Positions 1 through 9,029 of a stretch of DNA of 42,292 bases are shown here, one piece after another. The stretch is from a virus (Duplodnaviria; Heunggongvirae; Uroviricota; Caudoviricetes), in the IMG/VR virus record IMGVR_UViG_2651869755_000015, positions 1-42,292 of that record. One strand, given 5' to 3'. Position 1 is the first letter of the stretch. Every line of letters starts with the position of its first letter. The notes beneath the pieces are model-generated. The model did not search any database, was not told the origin of the DNA, and saw nothing but the letters and a program-made list of their open reading frames with translations. The position numbers and the translations under genes are program-made.

Positions 1-1257
1 GTGCTTACCGATACAAAATTAAAAAACCTCAAGCCGCAGGACAAACTGTACAAGGTCTCCGATCGTGACGGGCTGTATGTAGCTGTGCTTACGTCAGGTA
101 CGGTCTCGTTTCGCTATGACTACCGTATCAACGGTCGCCGCGAAACACTGGTAATCGGGCAGTATGGGCGTGACGGTATCAGCCTGGCAGAAGCGCGGGA
201 AGAACTGATTGCTGCAAAGAAGCTGCTTAAAGCAGGCCAGTCGCCGGCTGCGGCTAAACGTGACGGTATCAAAAAGATTCGTGGTGCCGAGACGTTTGCG
301 GTACATACCGACAGTTATATGAAACACGTCATCCTGGCTGACAGTACCCGCGCAATGAAGCAGGCGGTGATCGACCGTGACATACTTCCGGTTCTTGGCA
401 ACAAAATGATGGCTGAAATTACCACATCGATGGTTCGTGATTTGTGTGACCGGATTGTCGAACGCGGCGGCCGGGCAACAGCAGTGCAGGCCAGGGAGAT
501 CATCAGCAGCGTATACCGTCATGCCAATGACCGTGGTCATGGTTTGTTTAATCCTGCTGCTGACATTAAACCTTCGTCTATCGCCATATTTAAACCACGA
601 GAGCGAACACTGACACCAGAAGAAATTGGTCTGTTCTTCCGCACGCTGGATGCCATTGGTGCTATGGGCACTATGAAAATGGCTTTAAAGTTGGTGCTTA
701 TCACTATGGTTCGTAAAGGCGAATTCACCAATGCAACGTGGGATGAAATAGATTTTAAAAAATGGACATGGACAATTCCTTCAGACCGCATGAAAGGAAG
801 CCGGGCGCACGTTATTTACCTGCCTAAACAGGCACAGGATATATTGGTCGGGTTGCAGATGTGCGCTGGTGGAAGTGAATACCTGGTTCCTGGTCGTTAC
901 AATTTCCGGAAGCCATTATCTAATGCCGCGTTGAACTCTCTGATCGACAGAACGGTGAAAATAATAAATGAAGATGGTGAGCATATTCAGGACTTCACCG
1001 TACACGATATGCGCCGTACAGCCAGTACGTTGTTGCATGAGGCTGGTTATCCTTCAGACTGGATTGAAAAGGCTCTGGCACATGAGCAGAAAGGTGTGCG
1101 CGCCGTATATAACAAAGCGGAATACGCCAGACAGCGCGCCTACATGTTGCAGCAGTGGGCAGATATGATTGATTCCTGGATTGACGGGGAGCATACGGAT
1201 CTGATTCCGTTCTCCCCGTCGAAGTTTGAGAAGTGGATGGAAGACAGTAATAAATAA
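1..1257 (+). CDS. int: Tyrosine-type phage integrase; true start may lie just upstream of the window
   Basis: 418-aa ORF beginning with GTG at base 1; N-terminal LTDTKLKNLKP...YKVSDRDGLYV arm-binding-type region typical of P4/CP4-57-like integrases; C-terminal catalytic-type motifs (VHDMRRTASTLL; AVYNKAEYARQRAY). Confidence 0.85.
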   Translation: MLTDTKLKNLKPQDKLYKVSDRDGLYVAVLTSGTVSFRYDYRINGRRETLVIGQYGRDGISLAEAREELIAAKKLLKAGQSPAAAKRDGIKKIRGAETFAVHTDSYMKHVILADSTRAMKQAVIDRDILPVLGNKMMAEITTSMVRDLCDRIVERGGRATAVQAREIISSVYRHANDRGHGLFNPAADIKPSSIAIFKPRERTLTPEEIGLFFRTLDAIGAMGTMKMALKLVLITMVRKGEFTNATWDEIDFKKWTWTIPSDRMKGSRAHVIYLPKQAQDILVGLQMCAGGSEYLVPGRYNFRKPLSNAALNSLIDRTVKIINEDGEHIQDFTVHDMRRTASTLLHEAGYPSDWIEKALAHEQKGVRAVYNKAEYARQRAYMLQQWADMIDSWIDGEHTDLIPFSPSKFEKWMEDSNK

Positions 1258-1259
1258 TT

Positions 1260-1919
1260 CTATCCTTCCTGGACTTTGGTAAGCGTCAGATTTCCGCAGA
1301 ACACTGCGCCGGTGTCGATGTACATTTGGTTTGCATACACCAGTGGGTGATGTGCTGGCGTATGACCGAAGATGAACAAATCGGCACCGGTTATCTCCGA
1401 GACAATACCGTCCTGCGCGTCGCTAACCCGCTCACGATTCCATATCACCATTTCTTCCGGTACTGGCTTATCGAATGCGTATTCGTTGTGCGGGTAGTCT
1501 GCGTGGCAGATGACGACCTTCTTATTGCCGGTAACCAGTTCGATAATCATCGGGAGGTTGGTAACCTTTGGCAGAAGGTATTTGAGTTGCACATCCTGCT
1601 CAGAATCAAGTTGGTGCCACCATCCACCGCCGTTTGACATCCAATGTCCGAAACTTCCGCCGTTGACCAGTGCATCCAGCATCATCTGCTCATGGTTGCC
1701 ACGAACAGCTCGGAACCACGGCATAGTAATCAAATCCAGGCATTCGACGTTTTCAGCGCCGCGGTCAACAAGGTCACCAACGGAAATAAGCAAATCGCGC
1801 GCCGGGTCGAATGAAACTTTGTCGAGTTCGTTCATCAGCAGCGTGTAGCACCCATGCAGATCGCCGACGACGAAGATATTGCACCAGTCAGCGCCATTGA
1901 TGCGTTGATATAGGTTCAT
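1260..1919 (-). CDS. Ser/Thr protein phosphatase, calcineurin-like metallophosphoesterase (lambda PPase family)
   Basis: ATG at 1919 (ORF track extends upstream to 2039); motifs GDLHG, GDLVDRG, GNHE characteristic of PPP-family phosphatases. Confidence 0.85.
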   Translation of the reverse strand: MNLYQRINGADWCNIFVVGDLHGCYTLLMNELDKVSFDPARDLLISVGDLVDRGAENVECLDLITMPWFRAVRGNHEQMMLDALVNGGSFGHWMSNGGGWWHQLDSEQDVQLKYLLPKVTNLPMIIELVTGNKKVVICHADYPHNEYAFDKPVPEEMVIWNRERVSDAQDGIVSEITGADLFIFGHTPAHHPLVYANQMYIDTGAVFCGNLTLTKVQEG

Positions 1920-2566
1920 GCTGCACGCTCCCGCCCCTGGTTGTCTGTTGGTGACAGCGGAGCATTGCTGAATGCATTTGTTAATCCGCCGATATCCAAC
2001 GCGTATCCAGGGTGTAGTTGTACTGCCGGATCTTCGCACTGATTACCCCAAACATCGAAGCCATGAGACGGCTGGCGGGCGAACAGTTCAATGCGAGAAA
2101 CATCTCCTAACAATTGCACAAGTTTTTCACGAACGACATCTGGTTTTCTTGAGTGCTCAAGCCGCGGTGCGGTAAATGACTGAACGATCCCTGCATTAAT
2201 GCGCGTAGGTAGTTTTCCCTTTACCGCAAACAGGCAATCTTCACTATTGGCGCGAGTCATGTGACCCATACCCATAACCAGTTTATCTGGTTGTCGACTA
2301 CCACATTTTATCCACGTGAAGCCCTTCATGGTCATAAGACGGAATTCCCAGGCTTCAACAACTTTTAGTGCTTCGAGTGGTTGTGTTGGCACCCACCACA
2401 TGGCCAACAGACAGTTTTCATCGGCCAAATCCCACACAGGAAGGCGGCAGATATCCAGCACACTCATAACCGGATATTTAAAACCGGCACCGCGATTACC
2501 ATCTGTGGCTTTGTCCCGGTATACCCAGGGTGGATCTGCATAGATTAGTGTGTATTTCTTAGTCAT
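1916..2566 (-). CDS. MT-A70 family DNA N6-adenine methyltransferase
   Basis: ATG at 2566; N-terminal YADPPW (DPPW) catalytic motif; 4-nt overlap with the downstream phosphatase gene. Confidence 0.75.
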   Translation of the reverse strand: MTKKYTLIYADPPWVYRDKATDGNRGAGFKYPVMSVLDICRLPVWDLADENCLLAMWWVPTQPLEALKVVEAWEFRLMTMKGFTWIKCGSRQPDKLVMGMGHMTRANSEDCLFAVKGKLPTRINAGIVQSFTAPRLEHSRKPDVVREKLVQLLGDVSRIELFARQPSHGFDVWGNQCEDPAVQLHPGYALDIGGLTNAFSNAPLSPTDNQGRERAA

Positions 2567-2858
2567 AAACCACCCCACAACATCCTATGCCGCTATAGTC
2601 GCCACGGCGAAGGCCGTTACCTTTTGTGATACATTGGTCCCTGCGAACCGCGATCCTTGCACGCTCAACATCACCAGAAGCAACATCCATACACTGAAGC
2701 CAAAGGTGGGCGGCAATGCGGAACTGCCCTTTTTTCTCTCTTTCAATCGCGCGTTTTTCGATCTCTATCGCCGCAGGAGTAACGGCAACAACCTTTGAAG
2801 GGCTGCGCATTGAAACCTTGTTCATGTGATATTTTTCAAGTCGGCTTAACTTTCTCAC
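2559..2858 (-). CDS. Hypothetical protein (99 aa)
   Basis: ORF overlapping the methyltransferase start by 8 nt, consistent with operon membership; no motif recognised. Confidence 0.35.
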   Translation of the reverse strand: MRKLSRLEKYHMNKVSMRSPSKVVAVTPAAIEIEKRAIEREKKGQFRIAAHLWLQCMDVASGDVERARIAVRRDQCITKGNGLRRGDYSGIGCCGVVYD

Positions 2859-2967
2859 TTAATCCAACCCTCTCTGAAAATTAATGCCAGCAGATAAAGC
2901 CATGCTGAAACAGAGGCCAGGAATAAGTACCATCCTGACCATTTGCTCCAGTGCCTTAGCAGCGCAC

Positions 2968-3216
2968 TCATGCAGCGTTGCTCACAGGACGATATACACG
3001 TTGCTGAACAGGAGGTTTTTTACCCTGGAACTCTGCCGGGCTTGCTGCCTGACGTTCATCAAGCCAACGCTCAACTTCATCACGGTTCCATGCGCAGCGT
3101 TTATCGGTGATATACCAGCGTTTAGGAAATTCCCCTGCGCGCTCCATACGGTCGATAGTGCTCCATGACAGTGGCACCACCGCCAGGAGTTCCTTCTTAC
3201 CTAATGCACCTTTCAT
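2968..3216 (-). CDS. AlpA/excisionase-like HTH DNA-binding protein (possible Xis)
   Basis: 82-aa protein with winged-HTH-like segment LSWSTIDRMERAGEFPKRWYITDKRCAWNRDEVERWL resembling AlpA/Xis family proteins. Confidence 0.55.
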   Translation of the reverse strand: MKGALGKKELLAVVPLSWSTIDRMERAGEFPKRWYITDKRCAWNRDEVERWLDERQAASPAEFQGKKPPVQQRVYRPVSNAA

Positions 3217-3265
3217 AAATACCTCTCTTGGTTGCAGTGCGGCGCGCGTGGCGCCGCGGTGGTGG

Positions 3266-4147
3266 TTACATAGATGTTTCGTTTAATTCTTCCCGACGAA
3301 CGCTGTAAACGTCGGTGGCTTTTGCCAGCAGTTCGTCATCATCTGAAAGTTTTTGTGCAATGTATTTGTAAGCCTTATCCAGTTCGGAGACAGTGCTGTA
3401 ATTCATCGCTGCGCTGGTAAAGGCCATCAGCATTTCTTCTGGATCACGGCTATCCGCTTTACGCGTTTGCTCATCAGGCTTTTTCGCTGGTTTAGCGTTG
3501 ATCAGACTGTTCATTCCCGCAGCAGTGGTCGTTTGCGGAGTAATGTCTCGCTCAACGCGCGGTGCCGTTTCCTGTAATTCGTCAGGGGTGTAAACACCGA
3601 GAAGTACATCAGGAGCGTGCAGGCGAGCCCATCGTTTCGTGCAAAGATAGGCAAGCTGCTGGCGCGGATCCTGTTCCCACAATGGAGAGTTACGCACTCC
3701 GGCTTGCGCCATACTGATGGTAAGCTCACGTGGTTCTGCTTCTCCTTTAAGGACTGCTGACACAGTTACCGTCAGATTCGGTGATTTATCTGTTTTGCCG
3801 TTAACATTCGACCAGTCACCGCTCCAGCGATAATTCAGGCGTGTCGCTAGCAGGCTGGAAGAGGATACGACCGCGTTTACCAACTGTGCTTCGTAGCCTA
3901 ACGTTCCGTTTACCACATGCGTTTTCTGCGCCACGGCGAAAGGGTTCATTCCCCACTGTGCCGCCTGCATGGTCACCGCCAGGCAATCGGCAGGTTTGCC
4001 TTCAAGATGTTTCGGTACAGTCGCTTTGCTTTGTGACATCAACTCAGCGAAACGCACCAGTTGATTCATGCCCTCGGGGCTGAAGATTGCCGCAGCAGTG
4101 CCTACAGTTGCGCCTGGTTGTGATGTGATTGCGATATCATTGCTCAT
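3266..4147 (-). CDS. Red-beta/RecT-family single-strand annealing recombinase
   Basis: 293-aa protein; segments MQAAQWGMNPFAVAQKTHVVNGTLGYEAQLVNAVV and ERDITPQ resemble lambda Bet (recalled sequence); ATGA overlap with the upstream exonuclease gene. Confidence 0.7.
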   Translation of the reverse strand: MSNDIAITSQPGATVGTAAAIFSPEGMNQLVRFAELMSQSKATVPKHLEGKPADCLAVTMQAAQWGMNPFAVAQKTHVVNGTLGYEAQLVNAVVSSSSLLATRLNYRWSGDWSNVNGKTDKSPNLTVTVSAVLKGEAEPRELTISMAQAGVRNSPLWEQDPRQQLAYLCTKRWARLHAPDVLLGVYTPDELQETAPRVERDITPQTTTAAGMNSLINAKPAKKPDEQTRKADSRDPEEMLMAFTSAAMNYSTVSELDKAYKYIAQKLSDDDELLAKATDVYSVRREELNETSM

Positions 4148-4965
4148 ACGTACATATCCTGTTTACGTGCCCAGTCAGGGCGTTTAATAATTTCCACTCC
4201 GCCCCATTCATCGTTGATGCGGCATTCGTGATAGGTATTCAGATCCCGGCGGAACAGAGCGTGCCCGGCATCGACATCTGGTGCATCCAGCTCGAACACG
4301 CGTACCGGATACCGACCACAATCAATGCTTTCGCTCACGGCAAGAAAGAAAAAACCATGCGGCTGACCAGTAACCCTCATTGCGCCTTCGCGGTACATTG
4401 CGTCCTGCACGTGGTAGCGGAATTCCTCGATGTGGCGTGCAAAACGGTCCATATCTGCAACCTTTTTCACGTCGACGATCACGTTGTGCTCGTTCAGCCA
4501 TTTGTCTGGACGAATTCGGCACAACTCACCCGTCTCTTCATCGTTCCAGTACATTGATGCTTCGCAGTAACCAGGTGCTTCCAGCATCCAGCGTGCCGCC
4601 GGATGAGCCATTGCGCTATCACGCATCAGCTCCAGTTTTCGCCACTGCTCGACATCAAGTACCGTAATACCCATATCCGCCACATCACGAAGAAATGCTT
4701 CTTCGTCAGCTTTACCTTGTTTTGTCCGACGATCGAACTTCGGTGAAACAATGAAGCGTTTGTCGAATTCTCCAGGCTCCAGAAGCAGACAGTGCAATGC
4801 GGTTCCCATATCCAGTGCAGACTTTTTCTCTTCGTCTTCTGGTGCTGCCTGAACCCATTTAAGAAGCGCCGGATTCTTGGCAACCATGTCCAGTTGCGAC
4901 TTACTCACGCCGTCACCGGCGTGGTAGTCTTCGTTGCTGATGTCGAAATAAATTCCCGGTTTCAT
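4144..4965 (-). CDS. RecE-family 5'-3' exonuclease (PD-(D/E)xK-type, exonuclease VIII-like short form)
   Basis: 273-aa protein immediately upstream of and translationally coupled to the annealing protein; resembles short phage RecE-like exonucleases. Confidence 0.65.
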   Translation of the reverse strand: MKPGIYFDISNEDYHAGDGVSKSQLDMVAKNPALLKWVQAAPEDEEKKSALDMGTALHCLLLEPGEFDKRFIVSPKFDRRTKQGKADEEAFLRDVADMGITVLDVEQWRKLELMRDSAMAHPAARWMLEAPGYCEASMYWNDEETGELCRIRPDKWLNEHNVIVDVKKVADMDRFARHIEEFRYHVQDAMYREGAMRVTGQPHGFFFLAVSESIDCGRYPVRVFELDAPDVDAGHALFRRDLNTYHECRINDEWGGVEIIKRPDWARKQDMYV

Positions 4966-5261
4966 GCCGCTTCCCTCTGCCCATCAATCCGATCCGCCAG
5001 ATCCCAGCGGGCGATAATTGCCATTGCCTCGCGCCGGTAGGAATCCATCAGTTCTTCGAACTCTGGACTGTCTTTAGCGGCCTCCAGTACTTCCTGGCGA
5101 ACGCCTTTAACTGTTACAACGTCGAAAGTTGATGCCAGTTGATGAAGCCGGATACTCTCAATCAGTTCAACTTGTCGGTCATATAGCTGTTCTGACAGGC
5201 GGTAGTCCTTGTCGAATGCCAGCATGATTTTTTGAAGATTTTTCTGCTGATTAACGTTCAT
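4962..5261 (-). CDS. Hypothetical early protein (99 aa)
   Basis: ATG at 5261 preceded by GGAGGG; ATGA overlap with exonuclease start. Confidence 0.45.
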   Translation of the reverse strand: MNVNQQKNLQKIMLAFDKDYRLSEQLYDRQVELIESIRLHQLASTFDVVTVKGVRQEVLEAAKDSPEFEELMDSYRREAMAIIARWDLADRIDGQREAA

Positions 5262-5263
5262 TA

Positions 5264-5416
5264 TCAGCCCTCCCATATCTCGTTATCGTTGGCCACATCG
5301 CGAGCTTCTTTGCTGACGAAAGCCCACTTAATGCCTTCCTGTAAGGTGCGGAACTTCCAGCTCATGAATCCGCATGCAGTAACGCAGTACCAACCGTTGA
5401 TGATTTTCCACTGCAT
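5264..5416 (-). CDS. Small protein (50 aa), weak resemblance to lambda CIII N-terminus
   Basis: Hand-translated ORF MQWKIINGWYCVTACGFMSWKFRTLQEGIKWAFVSKEARDVANDNEIWEG, not in the supplied track (<60 aa); GAGGT Shine-Dalgarno 8 nt upstream; first gene of the leftward early operon. Confidence 0.3.
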   Translation of the reverse strand: MQWKIINGWYCVTACGFMSWKFRTLQEGIKWAFVSKEARDVANDNEIWEG

Positions 5417-5497
5417 AACTTGTTACCTCGGTCTGTTATCGTTGAGGTAATAATTATGCGTATCTGGTTTGATGTCAATAGATATGAGTTAAAAAAA

Positions 5498-5512
5498 TTA
5501 CCCGTTAGGTAA
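5498..5512. promoter_or_regulatory. Operator-like palindrome TTACCCGTTAGGTAA (OL-equivalent)
   Basis: Perfect TTACC-N5-GGTAA dyad between the repressor gene end and the leftward early operon. Confidence 0.55.
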
Positions 5513-5523
5513 TCAAATAGGCA

Positions 5524-5548
5524 ATAAAAAAGCCGCCAGAAGGCGGCT
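5524..5548 (-). terminator. Rho-independent terminator downstream of repressor gene
   Basis: Stem AGCCGCC/GGCGGCT with AGAA loop, followed on the minus strand by a T-run. Confidence 0.6.
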
Positions 5549-5569
5549 TACTTACTGAAAAATATGATT

Positions 5570-6154
5570 TTATTGTTTGCTTTTTTCGTTCTGGTTGATG
5601 ACAAATTCAATGTAACTTTCGATCTTTGCCTTCTCTGTTTCAGGTAACAATGCGTAGCGCGAGCGGTCATAGTTGATAGTTGCAGGGTCATGCGGATGAA
5701 TCAGTAGTTCATATCCGTGACGCCCGAATGCAGATGCAACATTCTCCAGGGTGGAAATGGAAACGCTGACCTCATTGTTTAACAGGCGGCTGATTGTCAC
5801 CTGGGCGACGCCGGATGCGCGGTGAAGTTTTCCCTGAGTTGAAAGGTCGCGGCTTTCGCTCATCCAGCGTTCCAGGTTGTGAGCCGCCAGCTGACCAATG
5901 TCGCTTGGGCCGACAGGCTGAAAACCTTCCTGAGAAAGCGAGCGATCGATATCAAGCCAGTTACGGGGTTTATTGGCGGCAGCTTCAATTTTTCGCGCAA
6001 CCTGGTCGCCGATAACCTTCTTGCCAAGAGCCCAGCGGTTTACCAGATTTGCCTGAGTTCCAAGTTTTTCAGCCATCCGCGTCTGAACACCATTGAATTC
6101 ACGGTCGATCAAGTCGTTGAGATTTTGCCTGCGGACGTCCTGGATACTTTTCAT
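5570..6154 (-). CDS. Prophage repressor, tandem HTH (XRE-type), no obvious peptidase S24 domain
   Basis: 194 aa; two HTH-like segments (VQTRMAEKLGTQANLVNRW; VAQVTISRLLNNEVSVSISTLENVASAF); divergent from a Cro-like gene with three operators between them; no Ala-Gly/Ser-Lys autocleavage signature seen. Confidence 0.65.
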   Translation of the reverse strand: MKSIQDVRRQNLNDLIDREFNGVQTRMAEKLGTQANLVNRWALGKKVIGDQVARKIEAAANKPRNWLDIDRSLSQEGFQPVGPSDIGQLAAHNLERWMSESRDLSTQGKLHRASGVAQVTISRLLNNEVSVSISTLENVASAFGRHGYELLIHPHDPATINYDRSRYALLPETEKAKIESYIEFVINQNEKSKQ

Positions 6155-6209
6155 TTTCTGGAAAATCGCCTCATATCTGAATCAGAAGATGATTCAATTT
6201 AAAGCAATA

Positions 6210-6272
6210 TTACCCAACAGGTAAATGCACCTCATGGGTAACTATCCTTGATTTTTGTTACCTTATAGGTGA
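6210..6272. promoter_or_regulatory. Divergent immunity promoter region with three operator-like dyads (OR-equivalent)
   Basis: TTACCCAACAGGTAA (6210-6224), partial CACCTCATGGGTAA (about 6229-6242), TTACCTTATAGGTGA (6258-6272) between the repressor and cro-like start codons. Confidence 0.6.
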
Positions 6273-6308
6273 ATATTTATTATCTGAAATAAATATCAGG
6301 CAATAGCT

Positions 6309-6539
6309 ATGAGCGATAACGGACATTTCGATTTCAAAAAGCACTGGCTTGCACTTACTCCGGATGAGCGTGAAGCCTTCGCACAGGAAGCCGGAACGAC
6401 GAGTCACTATATCCAGACTCACTTAACAGGTAAGCGCAAAATGCCAGGTAAGGTATTGATGGATGGGCTTTTTAAAGCCTGTAAATCAAGACAATGGCTG
6501 CGCTCAAAAGCAGAACTGGCATACTTCTTCTACTCATGA
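6309..6539 (+). CDS. Cro-like small HTH regulator
   Basis: 76-aa protein divergent from the repressor; followed by a terminator hairpin. Confidence 0.55.
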   Translation: MSDNGHFDFKKHWLALTPDEREAFAQEAGTTSHYIQTHLTGKRKMPGKVLMDGLFKACKSRQWLRSKAELAYFFYS

Positions 6540-6560
6540 TATCCAGCCACAACCCTCTGT

Positions 6561-6584
6561 AGACCGCCATCCGGCGGTCTTTTC
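6561..6584 (+). terminator. Rho-independent terminator after cro-like gene
   Basis: Stem AGACCGCC/GGCGGTCT, loop ATCC, followed by TTTT. Confidence 0.55.
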
Positions 6585-6594
6585 ATATCTATTC

Positions 6595-6609
6595 GTACCT
6601 CAAAGGTAA
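6595..6609. promoter_or_regulatory. Operator-like dyad GTACCTCAAAGGTAA (one mismatch)
   Basis: Near-perfect copy of the TTACC-N5-GGTAA dyad upstream of the gene at 6690. Confidence 0.4.
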
Positions 6610-6689
6610 TAAAAAACCAAATATGGTTGATCTTTTTTTTGTGTCAGCACAAAATAACCGTAATCCCAATACTAATAACAGGGCTTACC

Positions 6690-6890
6690 ATGGAAATCAT
6701 TACACGTATTGATGCCGCAAAGCGCGGACTTAAACGCTACTACACCGGAAAAACATGTAAGCACGGACATGACAGTGAACGCTGGGTTTACAACGGACAC
6801 TGTGTTGAGTGCACCATGGAATCAAACCGTCGTATCAGGGCAGAGATTAAGCAGATCATGATTAATTCCTCCCCACAACATTCAAGCTGA
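6690..6890 (+). CDS. Hypothetical Cys/His-rich small protein (CII-position gene)
   Basis: ATG at 6690; CKHGHDSERWVYNGHCVEC cluster suggests metal binding; sits where lambdoid phages carry cII. Confidence 0.4.
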   Translation: MEIITRIDAAKRGLKRYYTGKTCKHGHDSERWVYNGHCVECTMESNRRIRAEIKQIMINSSPQHSS

Positions 6891-6905
6891 TAGCGGAGAT
6901 TAATC

Positions 6906-7721
6906 ATGAGCAGACATGCAACAGATTGGGCCTGGGAGACAGATCCAGGTAGCTCGTCATTAAAGCTCATACTGCTCTCGATGGCTGACAGAGCCGATGA
7001 ATATAACCTCTGCTACCCCAGCATAGAACGCCTCGTTAAAGACACTTGCCTGAATAAAAAAACCGTGCAGGCCGGGCTTATATCGCTCATGAAAATGGGG
7101 CTTATTTCAGATACCGGAGAGAGAAAGGGAGCGACGAAAAGAGTGCGGGTTTTCTCTCTTAATATAACCAAAAACGGGAACATTAAAGGCAACCGGGAAG
7201 GGGGTAATGAACCCGAAAACGGTAATGTTACCGAAAACGGGAATATACCCAAAAACGGGATGTTGAATGATCCCAAAAACGGGATGTTGAATGATCCCAA
7301 AAACGGGATCCAGAACCAGTCATATAACCAGTCATTTAACCAAGAGAGGGAGAGCAGGACAAAAAGCGGGGATTCTGTGCCTCATGACCCCGGCGCAAAC
7401 AACGCCGTGATGAATAACTTTGTTCCTCCTGGTGGGCCAGGGCAATTAGGCAAATTTGTCATGCATGAACAATGGCAGCCATCAGATGACTTTCTTCGGA
7501 AAAGCTCATTGCAGGGAATCTACCTGGACAGTCTGCCAACGGCACAGGAACTTGCAGAGTTCAGAATTTACTGGATGGCTGAGGGTAAGGCATACCATCA
7601 GGCACAGTGGGAGCAGAAGCTGGCAAGGCGGCTGCAGATTAGCAGACAGAAGCAATCAACATTACCTGATAACAACGTTCCGCACTGGAACAGCCCTGAA
7701 GCATGGGAGGATTTCTTGTGA
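6906..7721 (+). CDS. Replication initiator, lambda O-like (N-terminal HTH, repeat linker)
   Basis: 271 aa; central Asn/Gly/Pro-rich repeat (ENGNVTENGNIPKNGMLNDPKNGMLNDPKNG) encoded by direct DNA repeats; immediately upstream of the P-like gene. Confidence 0.7.
   Translation: MSRHATDWAWETDPGSSSLKLILLSMADRADEYNLCYPSIERLVKDTCLNKKTVQAGLISLMKMGLISDTGERKGATKRVRVFSLNITKNGNIKGNREGGNEPENGNVTENGNIPKNGMLNDPKNGMLNDPKNGIQNQSYNQSFNQERESRTKSGDSVPHDPGANNAVMNNFVPPGGPGQLGKFVMHEQWQPSDDFLRKSSLQGIYLDSLPTAQELAEFRIYWMAEGKAYHQAQWEQKLARRLQISRQKQSTLPDNNVPHWNSPEAWEDFL
7168..7308. repeat. Iteron array (candidate origin of replication) inside the O-like gene
   Basis: Six copies of CC(A/G)AAAACGG(G/T)A at 7168, 7213, 7231, 7249, 7273, 7297 (18- and 24-bp spacing; two identical 24-bp units CCCAAAAACGGGATGTTGAATGAT), followed by AT-rich AACCAGTCAT(A/T)TAACC repeats. 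Confidence 0.6.
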
Positions 7722-8503
7722 ACAACGTTTTTACCGCGATACAAAACCGTGACGGAGAAGCCCTTTCTCGCATGTCAGGTTATGAGCATCAGTACACCAA
7801 CAATGACAACGTGGTGAACATGTCAGCAGAGAGGCTTGTTGATGCCCTTTTCAAACAGCTGAAACAACTGTTTCCGGCGGCAGTGGTAACCAACCTGAAG
7901 ACGCCAGAGCAGGAAGTTGCTGCAAAACAGCAGTGGATTGCTGCGTTTGCCGAAGGGGGGATCCGAACCCGTGAACAGGTTTCTGCTGGTATGCGCCACG
8001 CCCGCGCCAGTGAGTCTCCGTTCTGGCCGTCGCCAGGGCAATTCATCAAGTGGTGTAAAGACAGCAAGATGGTTCTTGGCGTCACCATTGACGATGTGAT
8101 GGCGGAGTTTCACCGGTACAGCAAGGAAAAAAGTTTATATCCTGGTGGTCCCGAAAGATTCCCGTGGCGACATCCGATTATGTACTGGGTCGTATGTGAT
8201 ACCCGCCGTGCAATGTATCAGCGCCAGCTTAGCGAGATTGAGGTTGAGAAACACGCGCGCAGGCTGCTCGATGATTGGGCGAAAAAGGTGGCTTCCGGAC
8301 AGCAGATACCCGATCCGGTGATCAGCATACAGGCAAAGCCAGAACCCATGAGTACACCTCCGGACACAGGGAGAGACGTTTACCATCCACCAGGGCGAAG
8401 TTTCGGGTGCATGCCTAACGCCGCCACCCTGGGGGGAATAACACCGGCGCAGTGGCTGATGGAGGAATACAGGCGGGGAAAGGCGTCAGGATTTATCAAG
8501 TAA
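7703..8503 (+). CDS. Replication protein P-like (helicase loader)
   Basis: QQWIAAFAEGGIRTREQVSAGMRHARASESPFWPSPGQFIKWC closely parallels the recalled lambda P segment RQWVLAFRENGITTMEQVNAGMRVARRQNRPFLPSPGQFVAWC; overlaps the O-like gene end. Confidence 0.8.
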   Translation: MGGFLVNNVFTAIQNRDGEALSRMSGYEHQYTNNDNVVNMSAERLVDALFKQLKQLFPAAVVTNLKTPEQEVAAKQQWIAAFAEGGIRTREQVSAGMRHARASESPFWPSPGQFIKWCKDSKMVLGVTIDDVMAEFHRYSKEKSLYPGGPERFPWRHPIMYWVVCDTRRAMYQRQLSEIEVEKHARRLLDDWAKKVASGQQIPDPVISIQAKPEPMSTPPDTGRDVYHPPGRSFGCMPNAATLGGITPAQWLMEEYRRGKASGFIK

Positions 8504-8540
8504 TACCAGCGCGATAGCGCATTTTTTTACGTCTCGATAA

Positions 8541-8617
8541 TTACCTTAGAGGTAATAAAATATTCTAAAATCTATTGATTTCGTGTCTTATGTGGTTTTT
8601 AATTACCTAAGGGGTAA
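8541..8617. promoter_or_regulatory. Two operator-like dyads upstream of the 8621 gene
   Basis: TTACCTTAGAGGTAA (8541-8555) and TTACCTAAGGGGTAA (8603-8617); CTTATGTGGTTTTT motif between them. Confidence 0.55.
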
Positions 8618-8620
8618 ATC

Positions 8621-8968
8621 ATGAAAAAACAGATGCAGGCTCTTGGTCGACTCAAAACAGGCCAGATGAACAAAACAGAATCTGCGTATTGCCAGCACCT
8701 TGAGCTGCGTAAACGTGCAGGAGAAATCGTCTGGTATCGATTTGAGGGTATCAAGCTGCGGTTAGCTGACAACACGTTCTATACGCCAGATTTTGCTGTG
8801 ATGCTCGCCACCGGCGAGATGGAACTGCACGAAGTGAAAGGGGGATTCTGGACCGATGACGCCAGAGTGAAAACCAAAGTCGCCGCAGATCAGTATCCGT
8901 TCCGAATCATCGGGGTAACGGTTAAGCCAAAGAAAGCAGGTGGTGGCTGGAACATCGAAGAGTTCTGA
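8621..8968 (+). CDS. DUF1064-like phage protein (putative PD-(D/E)xK-type nuclease)
   Basis: 115 aa; pattern YTPDF...ELHEVKG typical of small phage nuclease-fold proteins; family assignment is by recall. Confidence 0.45.
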   Translation: MKKQMQALGRLKTGQMNKTESAYCQHLELRKRAGEIVWYRFEGIKLRLADNTFYTPDFAVMLATGEMELHEVKGGFWTDDARVKTKVAADQYPFRIIGVTVKPKKAGGGWNIEEF

Positions 8969-9029
8969 ATCGACGATCTTTTTAGTTATCAATGTAATCA
9001 ATAAGTTATGTGGATAAGCGAGGGTAAAG

